A stretch of DNA of 63,880 nucleotides from a virus (taxonomy: Duplodnaviria > Caudoviricetes), in IMG/VR virus record IMGVR_UViG_3300044731_001192, positions 1-63,880 of that record. One strand, 5' to 3'. The notes beneath the pieces are model-generated. The model worked only from the letters and a program-made list of their open reading frames with translations, ran no database searches and was not told the origin of the DNA. Below are positions 1-11,300 of the stretch, one piece after another; position 1 is the first letter of the stretch, and every line of letters starts with the position of its first letter. Both the position numbers and the translations under genes were made by a program.

Positions 1-73
1 GCAGGAGGTTGTGAGGGGGGAGCGGAAGGACGCGGAGGACAGGTGGAGGGAGTGTTGTGGGGGGTTAGAATGA
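1..73 (+). CDS. 3' end of a partial gene (QEVVRGERKDAEDRWRECCGGLE*), probable paralog of 37686..38078
   Basis: Open frame from nt 2 ending in TGA 71-73, which overlaps the next ATG (ATGA); nt 3-21 identical to the reverse complement of 37879-37897 (EVVRG). Confidence 0.55.
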   Translation, partial: QEVVRGERKDAEDRWRECCGGLE

Positions 74-225
74 GCAAAGAAATAGACCTGTTAGAAAGTT
101 GTTTAGATGAGTTTCAGTACTATGAAGTTCCTTGTTTAGAATTAATAATTAAAATCAAAGAACTACTAGCACAAACTGGACAAGAACCAGACACAAGAGA
201 ATCTTTGGAGGCTAAGCATGACTGA
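70..225 (+). CDS. hypothetical protein
   Basis: ATG at 70 coupled to upstream stop; ORF track. Confidence 0.6.
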   Translation: MSKEIDLLESCLDEFQYYEVPCLELIIKIKELLAQTGQEPDTRESLEAKHD

Positions 226-376
226 AGCAGAGAAAATAACTTATGAAGAACTACTGAAAGATTTACGTGAAGACAGTAAACATCGAGTTTATCATTTAGA
301 CAAATTAGAAAGATTCGTAAGTGTGATTAACATCAGAATCAATAAAGCACTACCTGACGGTTGGGAGATACAATGA
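218..376 (+). CDS. hypothetical protein (52 aa)
   Basis: GGAGG RBS before ATG 218; stop overlaps the next ATG (ATGA). Confidence 0.6.
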   Translation: MTEAEKITYEELLKDLREDSKHRVYHLDKLERFVSVINIRINKALPDGWEIQ

Positions 377-747
377 ACAAAGAAAAAATACTAAAAATCA
401 GCGAATACAATAAACATGAGTACGAAGGGTTTGAAATACAAACATCTGAACAAACTATTCTAGTTGCAATTAATAATACTGCACAATGTTGTGAAGAGTG
501 GGGTTATGTTTCTACTATAGATGACACTGAAGATTTTATAGGTGCAGAATTACTAAACATTATTATCGTAGGTGAGAACCTAAGTACCCGAGAGTTTACT
601 GTAGACGAGAAAGGTATGGCTATGTTTGTAAACTTTGAAACAAATAGAGGTACGTTTCAACTTATTATGTACAACATGAGTAACGGTTACTACGGGCATA
701 CAGCAGTAGTAAAGTCAAATCAATTAACTATTAAGGCAACATTATAA
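373..747 (+). CDS. conserved phage hypothetical protein (CCE...NGYYG motifs)
   Basis: ORF, coupled start, motif pattern common in phage early genes. Confidence 0.7.
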   Translation: MNKEKILKISEYNKHEYEGFEIQTSEQTILVAINNTAQCCEEWGYVSTIDDTEDFIGAELLNIIIVGENLSTREFTVDEKGMAMFVNFETNRGTFQLIMYNMSNGYYGHTAVVKSNQLTIKATL

Positions 748-1271
748 TGAAAACTGTAGAACAAACACTATTGATAGGCGGTATCGAAGTAAAGAGACAA
801 GACGAGGAGTACGCAATGACGTGGTACGAAGCGTCAGAAACATTAACTGATGGTTGGAGGCTACCAACAAAAGAAGAGGTAAAATTACTTTACCGACTTT
901 ACCGACATATTGTTGGTTTTGATAGTAATTGGTATTGGAGTTCGTCTGAGTGTCTTCCCATCTATTCATGGAAACAAGATTTTGGTAGAAGCTCCGATTA
1001 CTTAATTGGTAAAAATTGTGCAGCAGCGGTTCGTGCGGTACGCTTCATAAAGAATAAAGAATCAAGACCAAGAGATTACTCTAAAAGGGAAAAAGATAGA
1101 CTAGATTTGATTGACGAAATGGCTGAAAAAGCCATGAATGATGCAACTATAAAAACACTGACTGAGGTGTATCATAACGAACGATACTGCTACTTCAGAA
1201 ATATGAGTCATGACGAGTTAATCAGTACAGCCAAACAAATGGATATGTTTATAGAGGAGACACTACTTTGA
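747..1271 (+). CDS. DUF1566/Lcl-like C-type-lectin-fold protein with an extra C-terminal domain
   Basis: MTWYEA..GWRLPTKEE..YWSSSE..VRAVR motif series. Confidence 0.75.
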   Translation: MKTVEQTLLIGGIEVKRQDEEYAMTWYEASETLTDGWRLPTKEEVKLLYRLYRHIVGFDSNWYWSSSECLPIYSWKQDFGRSSDYLIGKNCAAAVRAVRFIKNKESRPRDYSKREKDRLDLIDEMAEKAMNDATIKTLTEVYHNERYCYFRNMSHDELISTAKQMDMFIEETLL

Positions 1272-1424
1272 AAAATGTTGAAGTATTTATAGAACAAACC
1301 CCAGAACAATACGTTTCTGACCTATCCATCACTATTACTTGTAAGAAGTCAGAAACATTTGAAGCACAAGCAATTATAGATTATTTAAGCAGCATAATTA
1401 ATATCGTCTATAGGAAACAATACA

Positions 1425-1598
1425 ATGATTAAATTAACTAAGTACGAGATAAAGTTTAGACACTGGAACATACTAAGTAAAGTTCATGACGAACGGTATG
1501 ACTTCATAAAAGCAAGTTCAATAGAGCGAGCAAAAGCAGCGGCACGATACAAATACGGGGATTTAATAGATATTCTGTACGTGAAAGTATTTGAATAA
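1425..1598 (+). CDS. hypothetical protein (57 aa)
   Basis: AGGA RBS, ATG, open frame. Confidence 0.5.
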   Translation: MIKLTKYEIKFRHWNILSKVHDERYDFIKASSIERAKAAARYKYGDLIDILYVKVFE

Positions 1599-1784
1599 AG
1601 ACCTTAACAACCAATATGTAGGTAATTTATATTAAGATGAAAGCGATACGTAAGCGATACCCAGATGACACAAGGCTAGGTTTCTTCCTTGAGTCTAAAA
1701 GAGTCAGGATGTTTAAGTTTGAGATACCCGCACCACAATTAATCTGGACTAAGTGCTATAACAGCCAATATTGGAGAAAGAGAA

Positions 1785-2273
1785 ATGAAAATAGAGCTGA
1801 CGGGTAACTATAAACATTACACAGCAGAAGGTAGGGTAGTTTTACTATCCCACCAACTACCTGACAAAACCTACACTGGAGTCGTAACTAAAACTCACAC
1901 TACTGGAGAAATTACTACTATGTTATGGTTACCAGATGGACAATGTATACAAAACAGTAAATACAATATAATACCAACAGTAAATTACCATCAATTAGCT
2001 AAATTGACAAACACTACTTACGATTTAATTAGAACAGCCTACACTTCAGGTAAATTAAACATACAACCAGCCTTTACTAAGTACAGGGAAGTAATATTTC
2101 ACGAACAAGACGTACTAAACATGTTAAATAACTTCGACAAAAAAGAATTACGCAATTTAATTGTACAAGCAAGCAAAGAAAGCAGTAGAGCCAAGTACGA
2201 ACGAAGAAAAATTAGTAAAAAGTTGCACGAAATGCACTATGCTAATATGCTTACTACTCTAAACAAGGGGTAA
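1785..2273 (+). CDS. hypothetical protein, possible HTH
   Basis: ORF with GGAG RBS. Confidence 0.7.
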   Translation: MKIELTGNYKHYTAEGRVVLLSHQLPDKTYTGVVTKTHTTGEITTMLWLPDGQCIQNSKYNIIPTVNYHQLAKLTNTTYDLIRTAYTSGKLNIQPAFTKYREVIFHEQDVLNMLNNFDKKELRNLIVQASKESSRAKYERRKISKKLHEMHYANMLTTLNKG

Positions 2274-2276
2274 GTT

Positions 2277-3038
2277 ATGCCAGACATAGTAATAGAAATA
2301 GAGCCGTTGCCGTATCAAACATACATTAGAGGTAATGTCAATAAAACTACTAAATTCAATGCAAAAAGTTCTATAAATTATGACAATTATGTTCAAAGCA
2401 TGAACTACGGTTTTAGTGACTTTAAAGAAACTTTTGAAATTACTTTTCTTAATCTGACAACTTACCCACAAATTAAGTTTGATTTGTACGGAGAAGTGGC
2501 AGCAAACAAAGTAGTGAAAATAAATTTAGCTGATTTCACCGTAACTGGGATAGTAAATTCACCAAGTACAGCAAGTATAGCCGCAAAATGTACTTCGTTA
2601 TGTACTGCATTTGAATTATTATCAGCAATACGCCACTTCATACAAACAAACAAACAAAGTGGTGCTGATTTTAACTTCAATACTAAAACGTACAACATAG
2701 TAAGCAACTTAAACCTATTTAATCCTACTGTAACAATATCACTTAACAGTATTACAATAGTATTGCAATGTAATGTAGTAACAATACCTACGATAAACAG
2801 TGAAGGCACGACTATAACTCAGTCAAGCATATTAGTACTACATCAAACAGCAAACCTAACAAGTTTAATTAATTTTTTAAAAAACGTAAGGCAACAAGTA
2901 GCTTACAGTTTTAATACTTTCCCAGATACTTCGATAAGCACAATAGTAAAACAACCAACTACATGGGACACAACTACAATCAAAACACCACAAGGATATA
3001 TTCACACACTAAGTTGTTCATTGACAACTTTCTATTAA
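2277..3038 (+). CDS. putative second gpM/distal-tail-like protein with internal insertion
   Basis: N-terminal DNYVQSMNYG..FEITF and C-terminal LINFLK..F..W..TLSCSL resemble the lambda gpM pattern. Confidence 0.45.
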   Translation: MPDIVIEIEPLPYQTYIRGNVNKTTKFNAKSSINYDNYVQSMNYGFSDFKETFEITFLNLTTYPQIKFDLYGEVAANKVVKINLADFTVTGIVNSPSTASIAAKCTSLCTAFELLSAIRHFIQTNKQSGADFNFNTKTYNIVSNLNLFNPTVTISLNSITIVLQCNVVTIPTINSEGTTITQSSILVLHQTANLTSLINFLKNVRQQVAYSFNTFPDTSISTIVKQPTTWDTTTIKTPQGYIHTLSCSLTTFY

Positions 3039-3044
3039 AGCATA

Positions 3045-3073
3045 TTGCAATACACACAATCGACCAGTATAAT
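3045..3073 (+). promoter_or_regulatory. sigma70 promoter
   Basis: TTGCAA-N17-TATAAT. Confidence 0.65.
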
Positions 3074-3109
3074 TAACGCTCACCAATAACTTAATAACCG
3101 AGAAACAAA

Positions 3110-3307
3110 ATGGAAAATTTTACATTCACATTCAAATTAGAAGAAATTAACTTAATCTTAGAAGCTTTAGGTAATGTAGCTTATAAAAAATCAGTAAAAG
3201 TAATTGCTGGTATTCATGAGCAAGCAGAAGCACAACAAAAGGCAAAACAAGCTGAAGAAGTACCACAAAAAGGTAGTAAATCAGTAAAAGGTGAGCTAGT
3301 TGATTAA
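3110..3307 (+). CDS. small conserved helical phage protein (often fibre-associated)
   Basis: EINLILEALGNVAY..VIAGIHEQA; own promoter and terminator. Confidence 0.7.
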   Translation: MENFTFTFKLEEINLILEALGNVAYKKSVKVIAGIHEQAEAQQKAKQAEEVPQKGSKSVKGELVD

Positions 3308-3332
3308 GCTAATTATACATTATTAGCAAACT

Positions 3333-3357
3333 AAGGGGCTTTATTGCCCCTTTTTTT
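3333..3357 (+). terminator. intrinsic terminator
   Basis: GGGGC-tttatt-GCCCC followed by T7. Confidence 0.8.
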
Positions 3358-3381
3358 ATACTTAAAATACGGGAAAATGTA

Positions 3382-4125
3382 ATGTCAAGGAAACAAAGAA
3401 AAAAGTACATCGATAGACCTGATAAAAGAGAACAAGAAAGTTCAAATAGACGAGTACAACAGGCTGACCAAATAATAGAACCTAAGTTTGCTAAACCAAT
3501 AGTACGTTTAGTAGCTAAAACTAACGCACAACAAAAATACATTAACATTATTAACAATAACATACTGACAGTATGTTCTGGAGCAGCAGGAAGTGGTAAA
3601 ACATACATAGCTGCTAGTATAGCTTTACAGTACTTAATGGCAGATAAAGTAGATAAAATAATATTAACAAGACCAGCAGTAGAAGCAGGTGAAAAACTTG
3701 GAGCATTGCCAGGTACTCTTGAAGATAAGTATTCACCATATTTAGAACCTTTAGAAGATATATTCGTATCACACATAGGTAAAGGTTTTTACAAATACCT
3801 ACTAAGTAGTGGTAAAATAGTAGGAAAACCAATGGCATACTTACGTGGAGTAACATTTAACAATTCATTTGTACTTTGTGAGGAAAGTCAAAACACCACA
3901 ATAAGCCAAATGATGTTATTCTTAACACGAATAGGTGAAAACAGCAAAGTAATAGTAAGTGGAGATGTAAATCAAAGCGACATTAGACAAACATCAGGAC
4001 TTAAAGATGCTTTAGAAGTGTTAAGTAATGTCCCAGACGTAGGATTTCATACTTTTACAATAGAAGATTGCGTAAGAAGTACATTAACAAAAAACATACT
4101 TAAACAATACGAAAATAGGAGTTAG
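3382..4125 (+). CDS. phoH: PhoH-family ATPase
   Basis: GAAGSGKT, TRPAVEAGEKLGALPG, YLRG, EESQN, TRIGENSK, GDVNQSD. Confidence 0.95.
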   Translation: MSRKQRKKYIDRPDKREQESSNRRVQQADQIIEPKFAKPIVRLVAKTNAQQKYINIINNNILTVCSGAAGSGKTYIAASIALQYLMADKVDKIILTRPAVEAGEKLGALPGTLEDKYSPYLEPLEDIFVSHIGKGFYKYLLSSGKIVGKPMAYLRGVTFNNSFVLCEESQNTTISQMMLFLTRIGENSKVIVSGDVNQSDIRQTSGLKDALEVLSNVPDVGFHTFTIEDCVRSTLTKNILKQYENRS

Positions 4126-4126
4126 C

Positions 4127-4645
4127 ATGATATTAGAAGATTTTAATAAAGCGTTTGACATAATAATAGGAGTTGAAGGCGGTTTTAGTGACGACCCTAA
4201 TGACAATGGCAACTGGACTGGTGGAGTAAAGAATAAAGGCGTACTTAAAGGTACTAAATATGGTGTAAGTGCTGCTGCTTTTCCTAACTTAGATATACAA
4301 AACTTAACTATACACCAAGCAAAAGAAATTTATTACAAAAACTATTGGGAAAAAGCAGGATGCCAACTTATTTGTATTAAATACCCATTAAATATACTTT
4401 TATTTGATGCAGCAGTACAACATGACCCGTCAGATGCTAAAAAACTATTACAAAGAGCATTAAATATTCCAGAAGACGGTATATTTGGCAACGGTAGTAA
4501 AAATAAAATAGCACAATCAAATATAAATGACCTTTGTGCAACATATTTAACAACAAGACTTAAATATTATCAATCATTACGTTTATGGAATACTTATGGA
4601 AACGGTTGGAGTAATAGATTATTTAAAGTAGCCCTTGCTTGCTAA
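4127..4645 (+). CDS. endolysin, glycoside hydrolase family 108
   Basis: EGGFSDDPNDNG, TKYGV, YYKNYW, GWSNR. Confidence 0.9.
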   Translation: MILEDFNKAFDIIIGVEGGFSDDPNDNGNWTGGVKNKGVLKGTKYGVSAAAFPNLDIQNLTIHQAKEIYYKNYWEKAGCQLICIKYPLNILLFDAAVQHDPSDAKKLLQRALNIPEDGIFGNGSKNKIAQSNINDLCATYLTTRLKYYQSLRLWNTYGNGWSNRLFKVALAC

Positions 4646-5057
4646 CTTTCTTAGTGTCAACTCCTTTGAACTTATCTACTGACCTTAAACCGCCTAAACC
4701 AAGTAAACCATATAAAATACCTTCACTTGCTGTATCAGATAACATAGGAAATGGCGGCAAGTGAAATACTGAAGTTATCCAATTAAGCATACTTAGCCCA
4801 ACTCCAGCATAAAATAGACTAATTACTCCTACCCACAATGCAGCAGGTCTAGCTCCAGCAACAAAGAAACTACTATGTTGAGCCTCTTCTTTATTTATCT
4901 CAAGTTGCCCAAGTACTAACTTATACTGATTATCCATTTCAGTAGCAAGTGCATTTAGTTTAATTTTTTCAATTTCAGTAGCATCTGGGTATATTTTATC
5001 AACCACAGTACTAGCTAAATTACTAACTGAACTTATTGCATCATCTATTCCAAACAT
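4623..5057 (-). CDS. holin (GTA/3TM-holin-like)
   Basis: EINKEEA..SFFVAGARPA, LLGLGGLRSVDK, TM segments; ATG at 5057 with GGAGG RBS. Confidence 0.8.
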   Translation of the reverse strand: MFGIDDAISSVSNLASTVVDKIYPDATEIEKIKLNALATEMDNQYKLVLGQLEINKEEAQHSSFFVAGARPAALWVGVISLFYAGVGLSMLNWITSVFHLPPFPMLSDTASEGILYGLLGLGGLRSVDKFKGVDTKKVSKQGLL

Positions 5058-5058
5058 A

Positions 5059-5394
5059 TTAACCTCCGACAGAATGTAATACAACTGTAATCGAAGCATA
5101 CTGATTAGTATAAGTAGCAGTATACTCACTTTTTATAACATACTTTTCACCGTTATAAGTTATTCGTTTAACTCCTTTAGTACTTTTTAAGAAATCTTCC
5201 AATACTTTTGCCTCATTAATACCATTAAAACTGTAAGGAAGATAGGAAAAAACTAAAGTAGGTTCTGTTACAAGCGAATTAATGCCGCTAGTTTTTTCAA
5301 TATTATATAAGTCCCCATAAGAATCTGTTTTAACACTGTAATTTTTGGATAAATTACTATCAAGTCTTTTCAATACAAGTTCTGGAAATTCCAT
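5059..5394 (-). CDS. minor tail protein, lambda gpM-like
   Basis: Directly after tape measure; GD.Y....GIN..LEDFL..G motif. Confidence 0.75.
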   Translation of the reverse strand: MEFPELVLKRLDSNLSKNYSVKTDSYGDLYNIEKTSGINSLVTEPTLVFSYLPYSFNGINEAKVLEDFLKSTKGVKRITYNGEKYVIKSEYTATYTNQYASITVVLHSVGG

Positions 5395-5395
5395 A

Positions 5396-8300
5396 CTACA
5401 CTACCCTCCTTTGAGCAGTTCTTTGTTGTTTATTATTAACATTAACTTGTTTTTGGGCTTCTTGTTTAGCAATTTGTTTGACAATCTCTATACTTATTTG
5501 ATTACCAAGCTCTTTTCCATCTTTACCAGTACCGTCAACATTAACAGTAATATTATTAACATTACTACTATTTACATTGTTATGCTTAGGTGACATCGGT
5601 TTTACGTTATCTTTAATATTACCAACACTACCTCCAGCAGCAAAATCACCATGAGAATTAGCTTTATCAAAGAAATCTTTACCGTACTTTTTAACTAATG
5701 CAGGAGGTACTACTATTTCATCATTACTTAACCGTACAAGTAAATCTGAACCGTACTTATTAGTTAAGGCATTTGCACTACTAGCTTTTAGTACATAACT
5801 TCCTTTAGGTACAGCGGCATAATTACTATCAGATAAACTATTACCTTTTCCACGTACTTTTCCACCTGAAGGAAATTGTAATATATTACCACCACCAGCA
5901 TAACCAACAACTCCGCCAGTATATTTACCAGTAGGTGCTTCATCAACAGAACCTCCTGTACTAATACCCCCAACAAGCGCAAGCATAGCTTTAATCATTA
6001 ATTTAACTTTAGCTAATATAAGTTCTTGAACAATGACATCCATAATCATCTTAACAATACTAGCACCTAAAGCTTTAACACTTTCCATTGCTGTTTTATT
6101 GCCAGTAGCCCAATCAGTTAAAGCCGTAGTAATATTTCCACTAACTTCATTAGCAAAAAGGTCAGCTACTTCTTGTCCTGCTTGTTTAGTTTTCTCAAGT
6201 TCATTATTAAAACTAGCCATTTTATTAGCTAATAAGTCTCTATCACCACCAGAGTCCGATATAGCTTTAGTCATGAAGTCAGCTCTACTTTCACTAGAGT
6301 TCATTTGAGCAAATTTATCTCGATTAGCAGCACTTCTAGCATAAGCAGCTCCATATTTACCAAAACTACCACCACTTTCTTGTAAATTAATAGCTTCAAA
6401 TTTATTGTCAAAAGCTCCAGATTTATTAGATAACCGAGCAGCAGCCGCATTAGCTCTAGCAGTCATAATTTCTTTCTCAGATAAAATACGTATGTTTTCT
6501 TTCTGTGCCGCTACTTCCTCTTTAGTTAAAGGAACTAATTGACTTCTTTTAAGTTCAATAAGCTTACGTTCTTCAGCAGTCCTAGCTTCATTATATCTTT
6601 TATCTAGTTCTGCGTGGTCAGCCTCCATATTATTCAACAATTTAAGGTCGTTTTTAAACTTTAATTGTGTTTCTAATATAGTTGCTTGTTCTTGTCCGCT
6701 ACTATTAAGTTTAAGTACTGCAATATTAGATTGAGTAAAAGCATCTTTAGTTTTTTCAGTATGTTCAAGACGTAAACGGTCTAATTCCTCTAGTGCTTTT
6801 TCTTTAGTATATTGAGCATCTAACTCTTTGTTTTCTAATTGAATTATCCTAGCTTCACCTTTAAAAGAAGCACTTACTAGATTACCTTGATTACTTTTCT
6901 TAGTAGTATCAGATGTAATTAAAGCTAGTTCGGGTAAAAGTTTACTGGAGAGAGCTAAGACTTTATCTATATGATTTATAGTTTCAGGAAACGTTGTATC
7001 GGCATGATTTTGATTAACTCCTTTTTCACCAGCATTATAAGCACCTGCGATTTTAGGTAAATTATCATTGTACGATTTTTCAAGATGTTTCCAAAATCTA
7101 CTAGCAGCAGTAATATTCCCTTCAGTAGTAGTAATATCTAAATCCTTAGCATAGGTATTAGTAGGCAATACTTGTCCAATACCTATAGCACCCTTCGAAC
7201 TTATAGCTTTTTGATTCAATCCACTTTCAACAGCTAAATTAGCTAAAAAGGCTTCTTGATTCTTAACACCTTCACGAGCAGATATTGCATTTATCTGAGC
7301 AATAAGTTCTTTATTTTTTGGGTCGTTAAGAAGAGCTACCCTAGCAGAAGTTTCATTAGCACTAATTTCACCACCAGTTCCAAAATCAATTCTACGCTGT
7401 CCAGCAACTGTCTTTTCGCTTAGTCCTACATTAAGGTTACTGACCCCTTTAGCCGTTTCTTCAACAAAGGTAGCAATAGTTTTCCTAAGAGCTGTAATAT
7501 CGGTTTCATAAAATAGTGGGACTTCTTTAAGCCCTAAGATATATTCCTGTTGGGCACTTAATGTTTCTTTGTTAGCTTTACGATTAGCTAAATCTTCTTG
7601 AGCTAGTCTAAGATTCTTTTCAACCAATTGATACTCTGGATTACGGCGTATAACATCCTCTGATACTTTAGACCCACCAGCAGTATCTTTAACTACTATG
7701 CCACCAACAGGCAACTTAGTATTACTTCTATTTACACTAGCTAAAGCAATTGCCGCCTCAATATTACTCAACTCCTTCCTAGCATTATCTGCTTTGTCTG
7801 TGGTAACTGTCTGACTATAATTGACACGCGAAACGTCCCTAAACTTTCTAGCTTCCTCTAATCCACGTAAAGCAACATCTTTCTCAAGAGCATTTCTTCT
7901 TACAGCGATTTCATACTCTTTTTCAGCTAAACTAACTCTAGTTTCAAAGTACTTTAAAAAACTAACACTATTTGTTTTAAAGTTCTTTTCAAGAAGTTGT
8001 TGTTCTAATTGAATAGCATGTAACTGTACTTTTGCTTGCACTTCCGCAGTAGCCGTAATAGCTTCACTAAGTTTATTAAAAGTTTCAAGATATTTGTTAA
8101 CTTTGCTTTGGAGCATTGTAAACATCTCTTCACTACCTTCTTCACTACCTTTTATTAAGGCTTCTTTAATATCAGAACTAAGTTTATCATTAAAAGCTTT
8201 CTGTTTTGCCGCAACTTCTTCAGCGTCTTTTTTCTTTAATACGTCTTTGACTAATTCTGGATGAAATATTTCTGCCCAAGAGAATTGCCCTGCTAATGCT

Positions 8301-11300
8301 TCCTGAACTTGTCTAAAAGGGCTACGTGCTTTAAGTAAATCACCAGTAAAAGTACCAATAACATCATCTATTATATTTTTACCAAGAACTGCAAAACCTT
8401 TAGCTACTTTATTAGTATAATCCATAGAATAATTAGCATTATCTACAGCTTTATCTAATATAGTTTTGTTACCGCCTTCTTTAGTTATGAAATAATCATC
8501 TTTAGCTTTCTTTGCTCTTTCCCATGCAGCTTCAACTAAATCAAGTAACTTAATTTCCTTATTATTCACAGTTTCAGACGCATGACTAAGAACATATAAA
8601 GCAGTAGTAATATTTCCAAAAATTGTAAGCGAAGTTCCTAATTTTAAAAACCAAGCACCCACAACAGGTAAAAGTCCTTTAAGTTTCTCTAAAAAAGTTG
8701 CAGTAGTAGCTATACTTGCACTAGATAAAGCAAATTTAGTAACTAAATGTGACAAGAAACTACCACCAGCCATAATAAGTAGAGCAGAAAAAGCTGCATT
8801 TAATGCCTCTAAATTATTTTTTATAAGTTCTAGTCCGTTTGCAAACAACTTAACTGAAGCAGTTATCTTACCTGAAGTATTTTCATAAATTGACTGTACT
8901 AAATAAGTCCAACTATTGCTTAATCTTCCTAATTCAGCATTAAGACCTCTAGCAGCTAAAGCAAAACTTGAAGTATCAGCAAAAAAGTCTCTATAAGTAG
9001 CAGCAAATTTAGCTAAAGTTTCTTTAGGTAATACAAGACCTTTTTTCATGTCTTCCATTAACTTACGAGTAGTTATCCCCATACTCAAAGCAAATATAGA
9101 AACAGCAGCAGGCAATTGGTTACCTAACTGTTTCTTTAACTCTTCCATCATTACTTGATTTTTACCGTACATCTGGTTAATAGCGACAAAAGCAGAACGT
9201 AACTTATCAGCAGGTAAATGCAATACAGTACCTGCTTCAGTAATATCATTAAATATCGCTCTAATTTTACCTGCCGATTCACCTGAAAACTTAGCAGAGG
9301 AAGCGAATTGCCCATACTGTTCACGTAATACAGAAATACTTGCACCTGTTCTAAGAGCTAATTCATCTAAATACTCAAATTCTTTATTAACATTTTCAAG
9401 AGTTCCAAATACAGCAGTAAAAGTAGCTCTGGCACTATCAAGTTCTATACCTACTTTGGGTATGTCTGAAATAGCACTAACAACTCCTCTTACAATCCTA
9501 TGTCCAATGTCAAATTGAAACAATCTAGTTAATAAATGTTGACTAGCTCTACCATTAGTTAGTAAAGATTCACTATTCTCTCTGTTAGAACGAGTAGCGT
9601 CATCAGTAGCTCTGGCTGCCCTAATCCTAGCATCGTATTCAGCATTAATACTAGCTATATTTCGTCCAGTATTATTTACGTTAGCTACTATACTGTTTTG
9701 TAAAGCAGCCATGTCCATATTTCTAGCAGGATTGACTCTACCATTACTTAATAAATGTGGCTGAGCTTCTATATTAGCTAACTTAGCTTCAAAAGCAAGT
9801 CGTCTTTCTTCATGTTTTTTCCAAATTTCTTCAACTGCTTTTGCTTTGTTATATTCAAGTACTCTATAGTTATCAGCACCATGTTTAAGTATTATTTCTT
9901 GTAATTGTAAATCTTGTCTAAGTTTATTAGTAGCCTCTGTATATGAAGCCGATAAACTACTTTTATTGCTGCTTAGTAAGTCATTTTGTTGTAATAATGC
10001 TTTATGATTCTTATAAGTAGAGGTAATTCTCTTTAAAGCAGCGTTCAATTCATCTAATTCTGTTTTTAAATTAGCATACAAAGCACTATCAGCCCCATAT
10101 AACTTTTTAACATCTCTTCTAGCCGCTATAATATCAGTTTTACTGTCGGTAATAGCTTTACTTTTAGCAATCATATCAGCTTCTAACTTATCAAAAGCAC
10201 TCAACTTAGGTAAATTAGCGGACAAAGCCGTACTATAGTTATCAGTAAATCTAGTAACATCTTGTAAAGCAGTAACGGCTTTTATTTGAGCAGCGTAATG
10301 TGCATTAGTAGTGCGAATACTTTTTTCAGTTCTGTCAATATTAGTCGCAATAGCTTTATTAAGTTCTTTAATATTAACTGCTCGTATTGTATTTTCAGTA
10401 CCGTCACTATTTCTTATCGGTGTAATTTCTAGTTTCTGCAAAGCATCCATTTGATTCTTTTTAATATTCTCATGGTCTTTCCATATTTTTTCAATATCTT
10501 TCGCTTTCTTATACTCAATATGTTTAATAGAATTTGCACCACTTTCAGCAATTATAGCTTCTTCAGTAAGTCTATTCTTTAAACCAGTAGTTAATGCGTT
10601 ATAGTCTTTTGGTACAGTCAATTTAAGATACTGTAAATTAGTAGTTTGTTTAAGTAAAGTGTGCATTTCTTTGAGTTCAGCATTAACAGTAGCTAATGCC
10701 GTTTTTAATTGTTTTTGTATCTCAGCATACTTCCTAGTACCAGTTGAAGCTAAAGACAACCTTTCTTCTAGTAATTTTATAGCGTATACAGCTTTTAACT
10801 CTAGTTTTTCTTGTTCAGTTAATGTTACATTCGTTTTTTGTAAGCTATTATTGTAATCTGCAATAGAATGAATAGTTTCATAGGCTGTAGTAATTACTAA
10901 ATTAGATACAGAGACGTAATTATTAAGTTCACTAGCCGCTGAAGAAAACGCAGCAGACAACCTTTGTAAATAATCAGCCGAAAAAGCATCTTTAGATAAT
11001 GTTTTTAAGCGAGTATAGTAATTAACAACTTTTCCAACATCTTCCCTAAAGTAGTTCATCAATGCCGCAGTTTTTTCAAGTTCCTTTCCTTTAACAACCG
11101 CATCTATGTTAGCTACGTTTGCAGCAAAACCAGCTCTACCAGATTCACCAGTTCGTGAACTAGCTTCATCTCTTAATGCTTTTCTAGCTAATGATTCAGT
11201 ACTTGGTGTTCTTAGTTTTGCAAGTTTTTCCTCTGCTTTAATTTGCTCATCAATAACTTTTACTGTTTTTTGTCTTTCAACAGCATTATGTTTTAGAATA

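Noticed and set aside
747-1271. DGR target (DUF1566 lectin fold)
   Set aside because: No template repeat or RT found in the window.
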